A DNA stretch of 64,000 nt from Nemertoderma westbladi (lineage: Eukaryota; Animalia; Xenacoelomorpha): positions 18,784-82,783 of the forward strand of contig JAUCBJ010004254.1 of the NCBI GenBank assembly GCA_032718475.1. The letters are read 5' to 3'. A model generated the notes under the pieces. It was not told where the DNA came from, ran no database searches, and saw nothing but the letters and a program-made list of their open reading frames with translations. Every line of letters begins with the position of its first letter. Positions within the stretch are counted from its first letter, which is position 1. This document shows, one piece after another, positions 24,498 to 36,544 of this stretch. The position numbers and the translations under genes were made by a program.

Positions 24498-27400
24498 ATA
24501 CAAACAGCGGGATAACCTCCTCTACCTCTGGGACCGGAACTCCGGGCGCCACTTCCTCGTGGACACCGGCGCCCAGGTGAGTGTGTTCCCCGCCAGCGGA
24601 TTCGACACCCGTTCCGGACGTACTGGGCCGCCGCTCCGCGCCGTCAACGGATCATCGATTCGTTCCTACGGGACGCGCTCTATCCCCCTGCGGTTCAACG
24701 ACCGGCGGACCCACTGGGACTTCGTCATCGCAGACGTCCCCCAACCGTTGCTTGGGGCTGATTTCCTCTGCGACCACGCCCTGATGGTTGACGTTAAGGG
24801 GCAGCAACTCATCGACATGGAAACTTTCCAGCCGATCCCCCTCCGTTGCTCCTCCTCCACCATCCCGGGAACCCATCCTCACCTCGCGTCGACCTCCGTG
24901 GACCGAGTTTACTCCGATCTCCTGGCGGAGTTCTCCTCCATCACAACGCCGACCTTCTCGGACTCGTCTACTCGCCACGGCGTGGAGCATTACATCCCGA
25001 CCGCCGGTCGCCCCGTCCACGCCCGCGCTCGACGACTCCCGCCGGATAAACTCGAGATCGCGCGGGCGGAGTTCAGCAAGATGGAGGAGATGGGGATTAT
25101 TCGCCGTTCGAATAGTCCCTGGTCGTCTCCCCTCCATATGGCGCCCAAGCCGGCCGGGGGTTGGCGCCCCTGCGGGGACTACCGTCTCCTCAACGACGCC
25201 ACGACCCCCGATCGCTACCCAGTCCCGCACATCCAGGACTTCTCGGCGCGTCTCGCCGGGGCCACGATCTTCTCTAAGGTCGACCTGGTGCGGGGCTACC
25301 ACCAGATCCCCGTGGCCCCCGGCGACGTTCCCAAGACCGCCGTTATCACTCCGTTCGGACTCTTCGAGTTTGTCCGGATGCCGTTCGGCCTCAAGAACGC
25401 CGCCCAGGCCTTCCAGCGCCTGATGGACTCCGTCTGCGCTGGGTTGGACTTCCTCTTCGCGTACCTGGACGACATTCTCATCGCAAGCGCGACCCCCGAG
25501 GAACACCTCGTCCACCTCCGCCAACTCTTCCAACGACTCCAGGACAACGGCCTCGTCGTCAACCTGGCGAAGTGCGAGTTCGGGGAGGCGGAGATCCAGT
25601 TCCTCGGACACATCGTCAACGAGTCCGGAGTCCATCCGCTCCCGGACAAAGTGGAAGCCGTCCGCTCCTTCCCTCGTCCAACCACCACTAAAGGGTTGCG
25701 GGAATTTATCGGTATGGTAACGTTTTACCACCGATTTATTCCCGCAGCTGCTGCCACCATGCAGCCCCTTTATGCCGCCGTCGCCACCAAGGTTAAGGAC
25801 GTCGACTGGACTCCCGAACTCACCGCCGCTTTCGAGTCCTCCAAGCGGGCCCTCGCGGACGCCACCATGCTCGTCCACCCCCGCCACGACGCCCCAACCT
25901 CCATCACCACCGACGCCTCCGACTCCGCAGTCGGCGCGGCCCTCGAGCAGTGGTCCGATGGGAAGTGGCGGCCGCTCGCCTTCTTCAGCCGCCAACTCCG
26001 CCCTCCGGAACAGAAGTACAGCGCCTACGACCGCGAACTCCTCGGCCTGTACCTCGCGGTCCGCCACTTCCGGTATTTCCTAGAGGGCCGTCCGTTTGTG
26101 GCCTATACGGACCACAAACCGCTGACCCACGCGTTCGCCAAGGTCACTGACCCCTGGTCTCCCCGTCAACAGCGCCACCTGGCGTACATATCTGAGTTCA
26201 CCACCAATGTACGTCATGTTGACGGGAAGGACAACCAGGTCGCGGAGGCCCTCTCTCGCAGCTTCGTGGGCCATCTGTCGACCCAACTCGGGGTCGACTA
26301 TAAGGCCATGTCGGCCGCCCAACGGGAGGACGACGAACTACAGGCCTTCCGGGCAAACCCTGGTAGCCTCGATCTACGTGACGTCACACTCGCGGACGAT
26401 GACGTCACGCTCCTCTGTGACGTCTCTACGGGCCGACCTCGGCCGATAGTCCCCAGCACGTGGCGCCGCCACATGTTCGATGTGGTACATTTGCTGTCCC
26501 ACCCATCAATCCGCTCCACTAGGAAACTCCTCTCCGAGCGTTTCGTCTGGCACGGCCTGTCCAAACAAGTGACGAGCTGGGCCAAGGCTTGCGTCGCCTG
26601 CCAGACCTCTAAGGTTCAACGCCATATAAAGGCCCCCCTCGAGACATTCTCTGTTCCTCGACGCCGGTTCGACCATGTCAACGTCGACCTGGTAGGGCCC
26701 CTCCCTCCATCCAGAGGCTCCACCTACCTGTTTACGATCGTCGACCGGACTACTCGTTGGCCCGAGGCCATCCCGCTCGCCGACTCCACAACCGAGAGCT
26801 GCGCCCGCGCTCTCGTCGCCCACTGGATCGCCCGGTTCGGCGTACCGGTCGAACTATCCTCCGACCGCGGCAGTCAGTTCACCTCGGAGTTGTGGGCCGA
26901 CGTCAACAGACTCTTCGGCACCAAATTCCACCGGACGACGGCCTACCATCCGCAGGCAAACGGCCTGGTGGAACGGTTCCACCGTTCCCTCAAGGCCTCC
27001 CTTAGAGCCCGACTAACTGGACCAAACTGGGTCGACGAACTGCCATGGGCCCTTCTGGGCTACCGGACCGCCCCCAAAGAGGACCTCCACTGCTCGTCGG
27101 CCGAGCTGGTCTACGGCGAGCCACTGACGGTGCCTGGCGACTTCGTTGCCTCGCCAACCGACCCTCCGAACTCGACAGCTTTCCTCCCGGGCCTCCACAA
27201 CCACGCACGGCAGTTCATGCCCACACCAACCTCCCGTCATGGCCAACCCAACTCGTCAGTGCCGTCACAACTAACAACCAGTGACTATGTCTTTTTACGT
27301 ACTGATGCTCACCGCGCTCCCTTACAGCGGCCCTACACCGGGCCGTACAAGGTCGTACAGCGCGGCTCAAAGACGTTCGTCATCGAGGTGGGCGGGCGTC

Positions 27401-27690
27401 AGGAGACCGTCTCCATCGACAGACTCAAACCGGCCCACCTCGCTATCGATGAACCCGTCATTGTGGCCATCCCACCGCGCCGTGGTCGACCACCTACAGT
27501 GACACCCCCGGACCTCCCTCCCCCCAGGCCCCAGTCTGCCAGTCCCTGCAATTCACCCGAACCACCGCAAACTACCATAGCAACTCGAAGTGGGCGGGCC
27601 ATCCGGACTATTTTTATTAATTCAGGTTCTGGGGGGAGCCATGTAGTGGCCATATATATATTAGGGGTCATCGAACCTGAATTGAACTAA
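24451..27690 (+). CDS. pol: Gypsy Pol (PR-RT-RNase H-IN), uninterrupted, probably made as a Gag-Pol fusion
   Basis: LVDTGA protease, YLDD RT, TDAS/E/DH RNase H, HHCC and D,D35E integrase, GPY motif; stop codon lies in the 3' LTR. Confidence 0.95.
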   Translation, partial: GKRPDQPTVAAASTGRYKQRDNLLYLWDRNSGRHFLVDTGAQVSVFPASGFDTRSGRTGPPLRAVNGSSIRSYGTRSIPLRFNDRRTHWDFVIADVPQPLLGADFLCDHALMVDVKGQQLIDMETFQPIPLRCSSSTIPGTHPHLASTSVDRVYSDLLAEFSSITTPTFSDSSTRHGVEHYIPTAGRPVHARARRLPPDKLEIARAEFSKMEEMGIIRRSNSPWSSPLHMAPKPAGGWRPCGDYRLLNDATTPDRYPVPHIQDFSARLAGATIFSKVDLVRGYHQIPVAPGDVPKTAVITPFGLFEFVRMPFGLKNAAQAFQRLMDSVCAGLDFLFAYLDDILIASATPEEHLVHLRQLFQRLQDNGLVVNLAKCEFGEAEIQFLGHIVNESGVHPLPDKVEAVRSFPRPTTTKGLREFIGMVTFYHRFIPAAAATMQPLYAAVATKVKDVDWTPELTAAFESSKRALADATMLVHPRHDAPTSITTDASDSAVGAALEQWSDGKWRPLAFFSRQLRPPEQKYSAYDRELLGLYLAVRHFRYFLEGRPFVAYTDHKPLTHAFAKVTDPWSPRQQRHLAYISEFTTNVRHVDGKDNQVAEALSRSFVGHLSTQLGVDYKAMSAAQREDDELQAFRANPGSLDLRDVTLADDDVTLLCDVSTGRPRPIVPSTWRRHMFDVVHLLSHPSIRSTRKLLSERFVWHGLSKQVTSWAKACVACQTSKVQRHIKAPLETFSVPRRRFDHVNVDLVGPLPPSRGSTYLFTIVDRTTRWPEAIPLADSTTESCARALVAHWIARFGVPVELSSDRGSQFTSELWADVNRLFGTKFHRTTAYHPQANGLVERFHRSLKASLRARLTGPNWVDELPWALLGYRTAPKEDLHCSSAELVYGEPLTVPGDFVASPTDPPNSTAFLPGLHNHARQFMPTPTSRHGQPNSSVPSQLTTSDYVFLRTDAHRAPLQRPYTGPYKVVQRGSKTFVIEVGGRQETVSIDRLKPAHLAIDEPVIVAIPPRRGRPPTVTPPDLPPPRPQSASPCNSPEPPQTTIATRSGRAIRTIFINSGSGGSHVVAIYILGVIEPELN
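27631..27641 (+). other. Polypurine tract of the Gypsy element
   Basis: GGGGGGAGCCA immediately before the 3' LTR TG. Confidence 0.85.
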
Positions 27691-29106
27691 TACTGTTGTA
27701 CCTTACTGCAGTATGCACCCATGACTGTGCACTGTATCAACTTTCAGTTTCATGAAAACTATTGTTACAGTCAGACAGCAGTACCTAGTCATTACTAATA
27801 CTGGTTTTACTTACTGCTGTACTGACTCATGTAGGGCCTAAATATTAAACGTTGAGAGACTACGCTCTCCACAGCACCACATTTTGCACCCACTTCCGAA
27901 AAATACAAGTTTGAGATGTCTAGTTCGATAATTATATATTCCATTGAATTCAGAACAGCCATAAACTTCTAAAATGCAAGAAATAAATTTTCACAAGCAA
28001 TTTTATCTATTGAATGGATTTTTAAAATTTCGTGCTAGCACCAAAATTTGCACACAGCACCGAAAAATACAAGTTTGATACGCTTGGTGCAACTCGTATA
28101 TATTTTATCGAAACCAGAACACCAAAAAACCCCAATTGCGTAAAAAACAAGTTTCAAACAATCCAATTTACAAAATTGACATATTTTAAAATTTGGTGCT
28201 GGCACCAAAATTTGGCACCCGCCGAAAAAAACAAGTTTGAAATTTCTAAGTCAATTTATATGAATTCCATCCAATTGCGAACACCAAAAAACCGGTGTAA
28301 ATCAAAAATAGAGATGTTACAATTAATATTTAATGAAATGTAATTTTCAAAATACGTCTCAAAAAAGTGCCAAAAGTAGGGTTAAAAAATGGTGCTATAA
28401 CTCGAAAATTACCCAATATTTTTATAACGGTTTTCACTACTAGGAAGACAATAGATTTTTAGGAAAAGTCATAAAATTTCAGATTCCCAACTGCGTTTGT
28501 TTCAGAATTATAATAAAAAAACCACGGGGGGGGGGGTCGTATTGACCCCCCCCCGGGTTTAATAGGGTTAAACCAGGACGTAAATAACTCGTGAGTTTGA
28601 ACATTTTCAACAGGGCAACTGTACCATTATTGCATTGTATGCATCTGGATTTGCCTTCACGTAAAAACCATACTGGCGCATACACTTAATAATGTATTCA
28701 GCAATAATTATCAGAAGCTCTGATGGTGAAGCCGAAGATACATATTATAGAGGCAAAATTCTACAAGCCACAGTTAGCCAATGGGAGTGGTTTATGGGAC
28801 CAGGACAACGGTTTGCAAGGGATTACGAACATAATTATTGTCTAACAGCTGCACAAATATCACACAAGTAGTTTTGATCTGTGCTTGTTTTTAGATCCTT
28901 AAAAATCTTCTTAGAAAGCTTCTGGAAGTTCTGGCGAATCAATGACTCTGTAGTTACCTTTACGGTGAATACCGTAGGATAGAGGCCAAACAACCTATAA
29001 ATTTATTAAAATGAACCCATCCATCCATGGAAGATTATATATAGAGTACACACAACAAAGTCAAATATGAATGTGTACACATTTATTTGGGTTACCATGT
29101 ATAATA

Positions 29107-31991
29107 CCAACCAACGGCGACCTACTGCGAAGACGCTTGTAGGAGTTGCGACCACAAGCGGTTTACCCCCGCAACTGAAAGATATGAGTATGAGAACCCT
29201 CCAGGAGAAATACCGGCTCGGTCGTCGCCCGGGTCAACAAGGACCGCGTCCCTCAGTGGTACACCAGGCTGGGGTCGATAAATTGGCTACTGGAACAGAA
29301 GACAGAGAAGAAAGAAGAACCAACCTGTTGAAATGTAAAAAGACACTAAAGATTGCTACAATGAACGCACGCACGCTGAAAGCACAGAGCAAACAGGGTG
29401 ACATGGTCGCTCTGGCAATGTAATATAACATCGACATCATCTGCATCCAAGAACATCGGATTTGTCATGAAGACACTGCCATGAAGTACAATGACATTGG
29501 AAATGGATGGACGTTAGTAACAAGCTCAGCAGTAAGAAACTCGGCCAATGCATCAATTGGTGGAGTAGGAATTCTGCTAAGCCCATTTGCACTTAAGACC
29601 CTAAACAACATCGAATCTATAAATTCCAGGGTTATGATCGCAACATTTGATGGGAATCCCAAGACAACAGTTATATGTTGCTACAGTCCAACCAATGCAT
29701 CAGATCCAGAACAAGCAGTCAAGTTTTATGAAGAACTGACTGGACTTATTAAGGACATCCCGAAACACAATGTTAAAGTCATTGCTGGTGACCTGAATGC
29801 GCAAATTGGCCCAGAAGACATCAAGGGTTACACCTATAACACCAGTTCTAACAGAAATGGGTACTTACTCTTAGACCTAATGGAAGAATGTGAATTGATA
29901 CCAACAAACAACACATTCGAAAAGAGTAAGGGGAAGCTATGGACCTTTCAATACCCTAATGGAACCAAAGCACAACTGGATTACATCCTTATAAACAAAA
30001 AGTGGAGAAATAGCATGATCAACTGCGAGGCATACAGCTCGTTCAACCTAATTGGTTCGGACCACAGAATTGTGACTGCAGAGATCAGACTCAGTTTGAG
30101 AGCCAGCAAACCCAGGACAAGCAAGCATATCAACTATGACTGGGAGAAACTCAGAACTGACAATGCTGTAAAGGATGCTTATACAGTAGAAGTTCAAAAC
30201 CGCTTTGAAGCACTTCAGTCAATGGATGAAGACCAATCCACCGATTCAATATACCAGAATATAATAACAGCCCACAAGGAATCAGCTAAGAGGCATATCC
30301 CCCAGAAACCTAAACGAAAACAGTATGTGCCATGGCAAAACTCTGAGGTTACTTGTAAGAGAGAAGATCTTAAGAATACAAAGTTAAAACCGAACAACCA
30401 ACAACCGAAAACATTAACAAGGTTGAGAAAGCGAAGGACGATCTTAAATTGGCCTACAACATCAGCCAGGAAAAGTACATACAGGATAAAACTGAAGCAA
30501 TTACAACAGCTCACATACAGCAACAATCAAGACTTACCTGGCAAACTTAAAATGAGGTATCTGGTCGGAAAAGTTGTGCAAAGGGGCGCCTCAAAGCCGA
30601 TAGTCCTGAAGAACGTGTTGGGAAGTGGAAAAATCACTTCAGCAACTTGCTTGGGCAGCCACCAAACATCGAGGTCAGCCCTACAAGGAAAATATATGAC
30701 AAGACACTACCTATAGAAACAGGGGACTTCACACCTGCCGAACTCCAAAGAAGCATTAAAAGCATGTCCAATAATAAAGCGAGTGGATTAGATGAAATCC
30801 CAGCGGAGGTATGGAAAACCGGAGTGCTAAATAGACCATTATTGAATGTTTGCAACCGGATGTTAAAAGGGGAAAAGCCACCACCAATTTGGACTAAAGG
30901 TCAACTAAAGCCTCTCCCCAAGAAAGGAGACCTCGGCATACCAACAAACTATCATTGGATCTGTCTGCTTGTGGTAGCTGCCAAAATATACAATAAAATG
31001 ATTCTATATAGGATTAGGCCTCACATAGAGAAACTACTGCGTAAGAGCCAAAACGGCCAAAACTGAGTTTTTCTCAATCCTAGCTGGCGTACTGCAAGGT
31101 GACACATTAGCACCATTACTATTTGTAATTGTGCTGGATTACGCAATGAGGACGGCCACAAAGGGTGAAGATCTGGGATTCACACTTCAAGAACGCAGAA
31201 GTAGTAGATATCCGGCAACTACAATCACAGACACCGACTTTGCGGATGACATCGCCCTGCTCTCTAATACGCTAGCAGATGCACAGCTTCTACTAAATAA
31301 AGTGGAGAGGGCTGCTAAGGAGGTTGGATTGCATATAAAGGCTACCAAGACCGAATTCATGACCTTTAATGTTGATGGAAACTTGACAACCATTGATAAT
31401 AATCAACTAAGGGAGGTAGATGACTTCCAGTACCTTGGATCGTGGATAGAGAGTAGCAAAAAGGACATAGAAGTTAGGAAAGCAAAGGCTTGGGTAGCTC
31501 TATCAAAAATGGATACCATCTGGAAATCAGATCTCTCCAGGCACCTGAAGACCAAGTTCTTTCGAGCCACAGTGGAAAGTTTATTTTTATACGGGGGTGA
31601 GACCTGGACACTGACTAAATCACTTGAACAACGAATTGATGGTTGCTACACAAGACTACTAAGGGCAGCCCTAAACATCAGCTGGAGACAACACATGACA
31701 AACGCCGAGCTTTATGGTACAATACCACCTGTATCAACCACCCTCCGCGAACGCAGATTAAGATTCAGTGGGCACTGCTGGCGAAGTAAAGACGAGGTCA
31801 TACCAGATCTACTTCTCTGGCAACCAACTTATGGAAAGCGTAGTCGTGGACGACCTGCCATAACATATATAGATCAACTTGAAAGGGATACTGAACTTGG
31901 GAGAAACGAAATTGCGACAACTATGGAGAATCGGGAAGCCTGGAAGGATCTCATTTCCACTGTCCGAGTTCGCTCGACCTAGTAGTAGTAG
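29107..31991 (+). mobile_element. RTE-like LINE (family R1), near full length but inactivated
   Basis: APE endonuclease (QEH, YSP, GDLN, LDY, SDH), RT FADD, RLRFSGHCWR...RGRP C-terminus; (TAG)n tail; 14-bp TSD TACCATGTATAATA (29093-29106, 31992-32005); stop, frameshifts and an RT deletion near 31070. Confidence 0.92.
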
Positions 31992-32322
31992 TACCATGTA
32001 TAATAATTTACCAATCAAGCAAACAGTCAGCCAAAGACGGTAGCGACCCTAAGGCTATACTCTTTCACAAGGCTATTACTATCCAAAGTTTTGCTAGTTT
32101 TTATTCAACTGGTCCTATTTTATAATGTAATGATGTAATTTATTGACAAATGAGAAAGGGCCTCAAAGCTATAACCAACAGATTGTAAGCCTGACACTCA
32201 ACCCAATCAAAATTATATATGATACAGAAAATAATAAATATATAATAAAAGTATTATATAATGCAGTGCTAATATGTGCTTTGTGTATGTTATCTGTGAT
32301 ACAGAAATAAATAATGATGGAT

Positions 32323-33234
32323 TTATATAGTCTTTGATTTAAATTTGACGTTAATCTGACTCTGACTTTTGTGTAACATTTGGGGTATTTGGGATAGTTT
32401 TCTCAGAATTACCTCCAGTGTCTCCCTATTCTGATTTTGGAAGGCTTGAATATCAGAACAGATACTGCTGATTCCAGTTTGCACTTCTTTAATATTTAAT
32501 TGAATACCTATTAATATTTTTTCAGTTTTATCCCAACCTGTATCTTTATGAGTTGGTGTTTTATTTAAATTCGGATCTAGAACTCTTTTTGACAAGGAAT
32601 CAAAACGGGAAGATATTTTCTGAACCCTCGAGGTTCGACAACTTGTGGTGGAATTGGGGCTGGTAGTGAAGTTATTAGATCATCCAATTTTTCAGTAATT
32701 CCTAACAGCTGGTTTGACAGATCACCGAAAAAACCAAACTCAGAATTAGTTCTTAAATATCCCATTTGTGTTTCAAATTCAAACATAGTCGTATCATAAA
32801 CTCTACTTATGCTTGAATCCTGCCATTGGTTTGTACTTTTCGTCTTTATTTGATATCAACTTCAGTTGTCGGTGTTTAATTATCCCGCATAATCGTAAAA
32901 AAGGGAGAATTAAACTCAATGGTGGGGCAAACAGAGGTTTTGAAAAATATTCTTCCATCAGATCATACCTTTGGAAGGACCAATACTCATCAGTATTGTC
33001 ATTAATAGCATCAAATGTATGGCTGAACATTGCAATTAATAAATTCAGTAGTAGAACATTTCTCAATCGCAAATATACAGCTAAAAAAATTAGTGGCCAA
33101 AATTTTGATTGTGGGCATCTCCGCATACCAGTTGCCATCGCTAATTCATAATTTGGCTCACAATTTACAGAATTATAATTGTCAAGAAATAAGGTGCCAT
33201 AGACTTGGAAATAGGAATGGTATAATAGAGATTC
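32323..33234 (-). pseudogene. TRPM-like channel C-terminal portion (pore loop, S6, TRP box, coiled coil) with two frameshifts
   Basis: ESLLYHSYFQVYGTLFLD, NVLLLNLLIAMFSHTF, YWSFQRYDLMEEY...PPL; frame changes near 32800 and 32590. Confidence 0.85.
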
Positions 33235-33353
33235 AGATAATTGGGTAGATAAAGGGTCTTCTTTCCTGCTAATTTAAATAAATGGTGATTACTGATGCAT
33301 TTCTCCCTTAACGGGCTTCTTCAGAGTAATTTAAAATTTAAAATAATAACACA

Positions 33354-33439
33354 CAACCGCAACCGGTATCTAGCTACAACTAAATAAGTATTAATCCATT
33401 AATACTTATTTAGTTGTAGCTAGATACCGGTTGCGGTTG
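33354..33439. repeat. Perfect palindrome, 42-bp arms with 2-nt spacer
   Basis: 33354-33395 is the exact reverse complement of 33398-33439. Confidence 0.97.
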
Positions 33440-33444
33440 AAATT

Positions 33445-33775
33445 AACGCTGTTGAATTAAGTCATTTATGTAGATCAAAAACATTAGCGGTCCTAAGATT
33501 GATACCTGGGGAATACCGCATAATATAGGCAACACATTAGATTTACAACCAGGAATGGAAACATACTGACTACGGTTTGTTAAGTAGTTGTAAAATAAAT
33601 TGTGTGGAAAACCTCTTATGCCATATAGTTCAAATTTTTTAATAAATTTTTATGATTGAGCGTATCAAACGCTTTCTTTAGATCTACAAAAATAACTATA
33701 CTGGCATCTGAATTATCATGCGCAACGCGTAAATTTTCAACCACATTTAATAGAGCATCTGCTGTTTTGAGACCT
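33445..33775 (-). mobile_element. Degraded CR1/L2-group RT fragment
   Basis: TADALL, IFVDLRKAFDTLNH and GIPQVSILGPLMFLIYINDL in shifted frames. Confidence 0.8.
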
Positions 33776-34016
33776 GAAAATTTTAGTAAATATGATGTTA
33801 ATAGGCCTATATTTGCGATAACTTTATAACGTTAAATTTATAGTAAAAGAAACGTCACTTAACACACATAAACAATAAAACACTGTACGACAAACAAAAA
33901 CTAACAGTGAGGTGGGGAGTGTGCATGTGCACGCATCGACTATGACGATTCCATCAATAAAAAAATAAAAACCAAATAAAACCTGAAAAAAACCAAATAA
34001 AACCTGAAAAAAAACA

Positions 34017-34630
34017 CTAAAGCAGAAAAACGTAAAAAAAAGAATATTTAAATCTAATTTCTCTAAAAGACTCGGAATGTACAGCAAAGGACTCTTTGAT
34101 GCATGCAGCATTACCGACCTGGATACAAACCCCTAAACGATGACGGAAATGTTCAATCGATTTTTTGTTGCCAGATACCTGCTGTACACAGTGCCCTAGC
34201 TCACGGAGGAATGCTATCGTAGAGGTACCAAGACCCAGTGATTCGACAGCTACAGGTTGAATTATAAAATTATGTGAGAGTTCGCCGTATTTCATTTAGT
34301 TTCCTATCTTCAGCCACGTCTGCTACATTAGGACCATCTTGGAGTGCTGTTTGGGAGTAGGAGGGAGCCTAGCGGTGGACGCAGGTAAAGTCCCAAATAA
34401 GAGGCTTGCCTCTCACCCATGGGAGCATTGTGGCCCCGTCTGGTCTCTTAACATCACATCTGCACATTCAGACAGGTTCTAAGGTGCTAGAAATCTCTGC
34501 AGACGCAAGTGCCTCATGAATTGCATCATTCCCGAGCAGAACATTGGTGGCGGCTCTTAATGTGGTTGCAGGTGAAAGCATGTAGAGCTGATGAGCCTAT
34601 GGCAGCGCCACACATGCAAGGTTGTGGGAT
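34017..34630 (-). mobile_element. CRE-clade-like 3' fragment (RLE endonuclease), degraded
   Basis: CMCG...[45 protein letters not shown]. Confidence 0.75.
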
Positions 34631-36544
34631 ACCAGCATGGACTCCCATAGAGGAGTACTGGAACTACTGCTGCTCTAAATAACCGGACCTTGAGTTTCCG
34701 ATTAATTCTCGGTGACTTCAAAATCCTGGAAAGCTTATTCAAGGCTGCCCATGCCTTTCCCTTACGTATTCGAAGGTCCTCTCCTGACTTCCGGATCCAT
34801 GATCCCAGGTAACAGAAGTCATCCACATGCTCAAGCATACCATCTTTTGAGCTTATGCTCATCTGATCAGAGACTTGCTGAGGACTTTCAAAGTTAACTG
34901 TCAAAATTTTGGTCTTTCTGGAGTTAATAAAAAGACCAACACTAGAAGCAGCATGTTCTAATGAGCTGAGGAGCCGTTGGGCTCCCTCTAGTGATTCTGA
35001 GAGTACTCCTAAGTCATCAGCAAAGTCTAGATCAGTTAGGTACTTGGCAGGATTTCCTCGACTTCTGGAGCCAGTAGGTGGAGTTATCATCACCCCATTA
35101 TCATTATGATGATTTAAGGACATACGTAGAACATAGTCAACAACAATTATGAACAAGAATGGTGCAAGTGTGTCTCCCTGGAGGACGCCCCATAATACTT
35201 CAAATGGTTCTGTGTCACCGTCAACAGTAGACACAAATGTTATCGAGCCATCGTATACTGATCTGATTTCTGCAATAATTTCATCAGGAATCCCATATAA
35301 TGAAAGTATGCTGAACATACATGAGCGAGAGACTGAATCAAAGGCCTTGAAGAAGTCAACAAAGATAACAACTGTCTTTCTTTTTTGATAACTCTTCAAT
35401 TATTCTTCTAAGTGCCAAAATGGGCTCCATGGTCCCACGACCTTTACGGAACCCATTCTGATTTCCATGGAACAGTCTCTCAATGGGATCCCTGATGCGA
35501 TTTAATAGAATTATATTGCATAGCTTTGCAGCAATCGAGATCAATGAGATTCCCCGAAAAGAACCATAGAGTGTTAGGTTGCCCTTCTTGGAAACTGGCA
35601 CCAACTTATTTGTTTTCATTTCTTGTGGGACTCTTGTTGTACGGTACATGTCTACTATGATGGGATAGATGAGCTTTAAACACTCAGGTATTTTAAAGAC
35701 CTCAGGGGGAACACCATCTACTCCACTGGCACGATTGGTCTTAATGCTCTTTGCAACAGCCTTCACTTCTGCAAAGGACATATCACCAATGGGAATATCT
35801 GGGAGTACAGACTCAGACACTTTTACTTCTATAAAGTTATCAGGCAATACCCTGTCATTATTGAGGAGCTTTTCAAAGTGGGCCTTCCAACCATTGAGGC
35901 GATCGGCTGGTGATTCAGCCTTAACCTTGGTGGTTGGTTGGCTTTTTCGAAAGGCAAGCAAGTTGATCGATCTCCATGCCTGGGATGATTGCCTGCTGTC
36001 GTCAGCGTCATTGATTTCATCAACCTGTTGGTTTATTAGCTCCTGTAAATTAACAGAGTACTGCCTGTTCAGGGACCTAGATGCAGCCTTAACTGCATTC
36101 TTGGCCGCTGTAGTCTGTTTGAGTCGGGACTCTTTCTGCGCCTTGTAGAGGTCATTTCGGCACTTCTGAATTTTGTTTTCAGTCCAGGGGGCCCGTTTCC
36201 TGTTTCGGGGGGATACAGGAACTGTTTCTGCAGCTGCTAACTTAACTGCCTCTGTGAAGGCAGTATAGCCCTCACAGTGATCTGCCGCCTCAGAGGCAAG
36301 AGCCTCATACCTGTTGCTCAGCTGTAGTGTGAAGCTGGATCTCACACTTGGCTGTTGCAACAGAGAGGACCAGTCATGCCGCGGCAAGGCAGATTTCGTT
36401 GTTCGGCTAGCACGCAGACTAAGTCATACCATGGCCACAATAAGGCAGTGATCACTGGAGAAGGGTTGTAGTGTAAATGCATTACAGTCTTGTATAGAGC
36501 TCCTGTATTTCCTACGAAACAGAATATGGTCTATCTGGGACTTG
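34631..36544 (-). mobile_element. Internal fragment of RTE-like LINE family R2, next to the TRPM break
   Basis: Near-identical to ~52640-54560; truncated at both ends, no tail, small frameshifting deletion near 35370. Confidence 0.93.

Larger units (their letters stand above)
23498..27873 (+). mobile_element. Full-length Ty3/Gypsy LTR retrotransposon, CsRn1/Kabuki/Boudicca-like
   Basis: 232-bp LTRs (23498-23729, 27642-27873) identical by eye; 4-bp TSD GCAC confirmed by the empty site CTAGCACCACATTT in other MITE copies; CHCC gag knuckle; tRNA-Trp-like PBS; PPT. Confidence 0.97.
22626..28567 (+). mobile_element. piggyBac-like MITE family A copy carrying the Gypsy insertion
   Basis: TTAA|CCCTATTA...TAATAGGG|TTAA; subterminal GGGGTCATATTGACCCC palindromes at both ends; no transposase ORF. 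Confidence 0.9.
21642..29010 (-). mobile_element. Degraded hAT-superfamily (hATm-like) transposase fossil, split by MITE A and the Gypsy element
   Basis: Minus-strand pieces STDQNYL, PGPINHSHWLT...RIL, VYAPVWF, SYLRPGL|RDITTKVVQRNAFYGHEENV, FRVPTIN, ALERTVKIVSE; the frame joins across the TTAA of the MITE; TAGGGCG at 21642 is a candidate terminus. Subfamily call is from motif memory. Confidence 0.65.

Noticed and set aside
24652-26067. 471-aa antisense ORF in Gypsy pol
   Set aside because: Expected shadow of GC-rich codon usage; no motif.
29067-29106. Track ORF start MNVYTFIW as the LINE start
   Set aside because: It lies outside the TSD-defined boundary at 29107; the ATG near 29184 is more plausible.
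33171-33234. Duplicated TRPM pore sequence as a target-site duplication
   Set aside because: Too long, not flush with any element end, and the differences are mostly synonymous.
34296-34316. CUGAAGA...GAAAC on the minus strand
   Set aside because: No room for stem II; it is CRE coding sequence.
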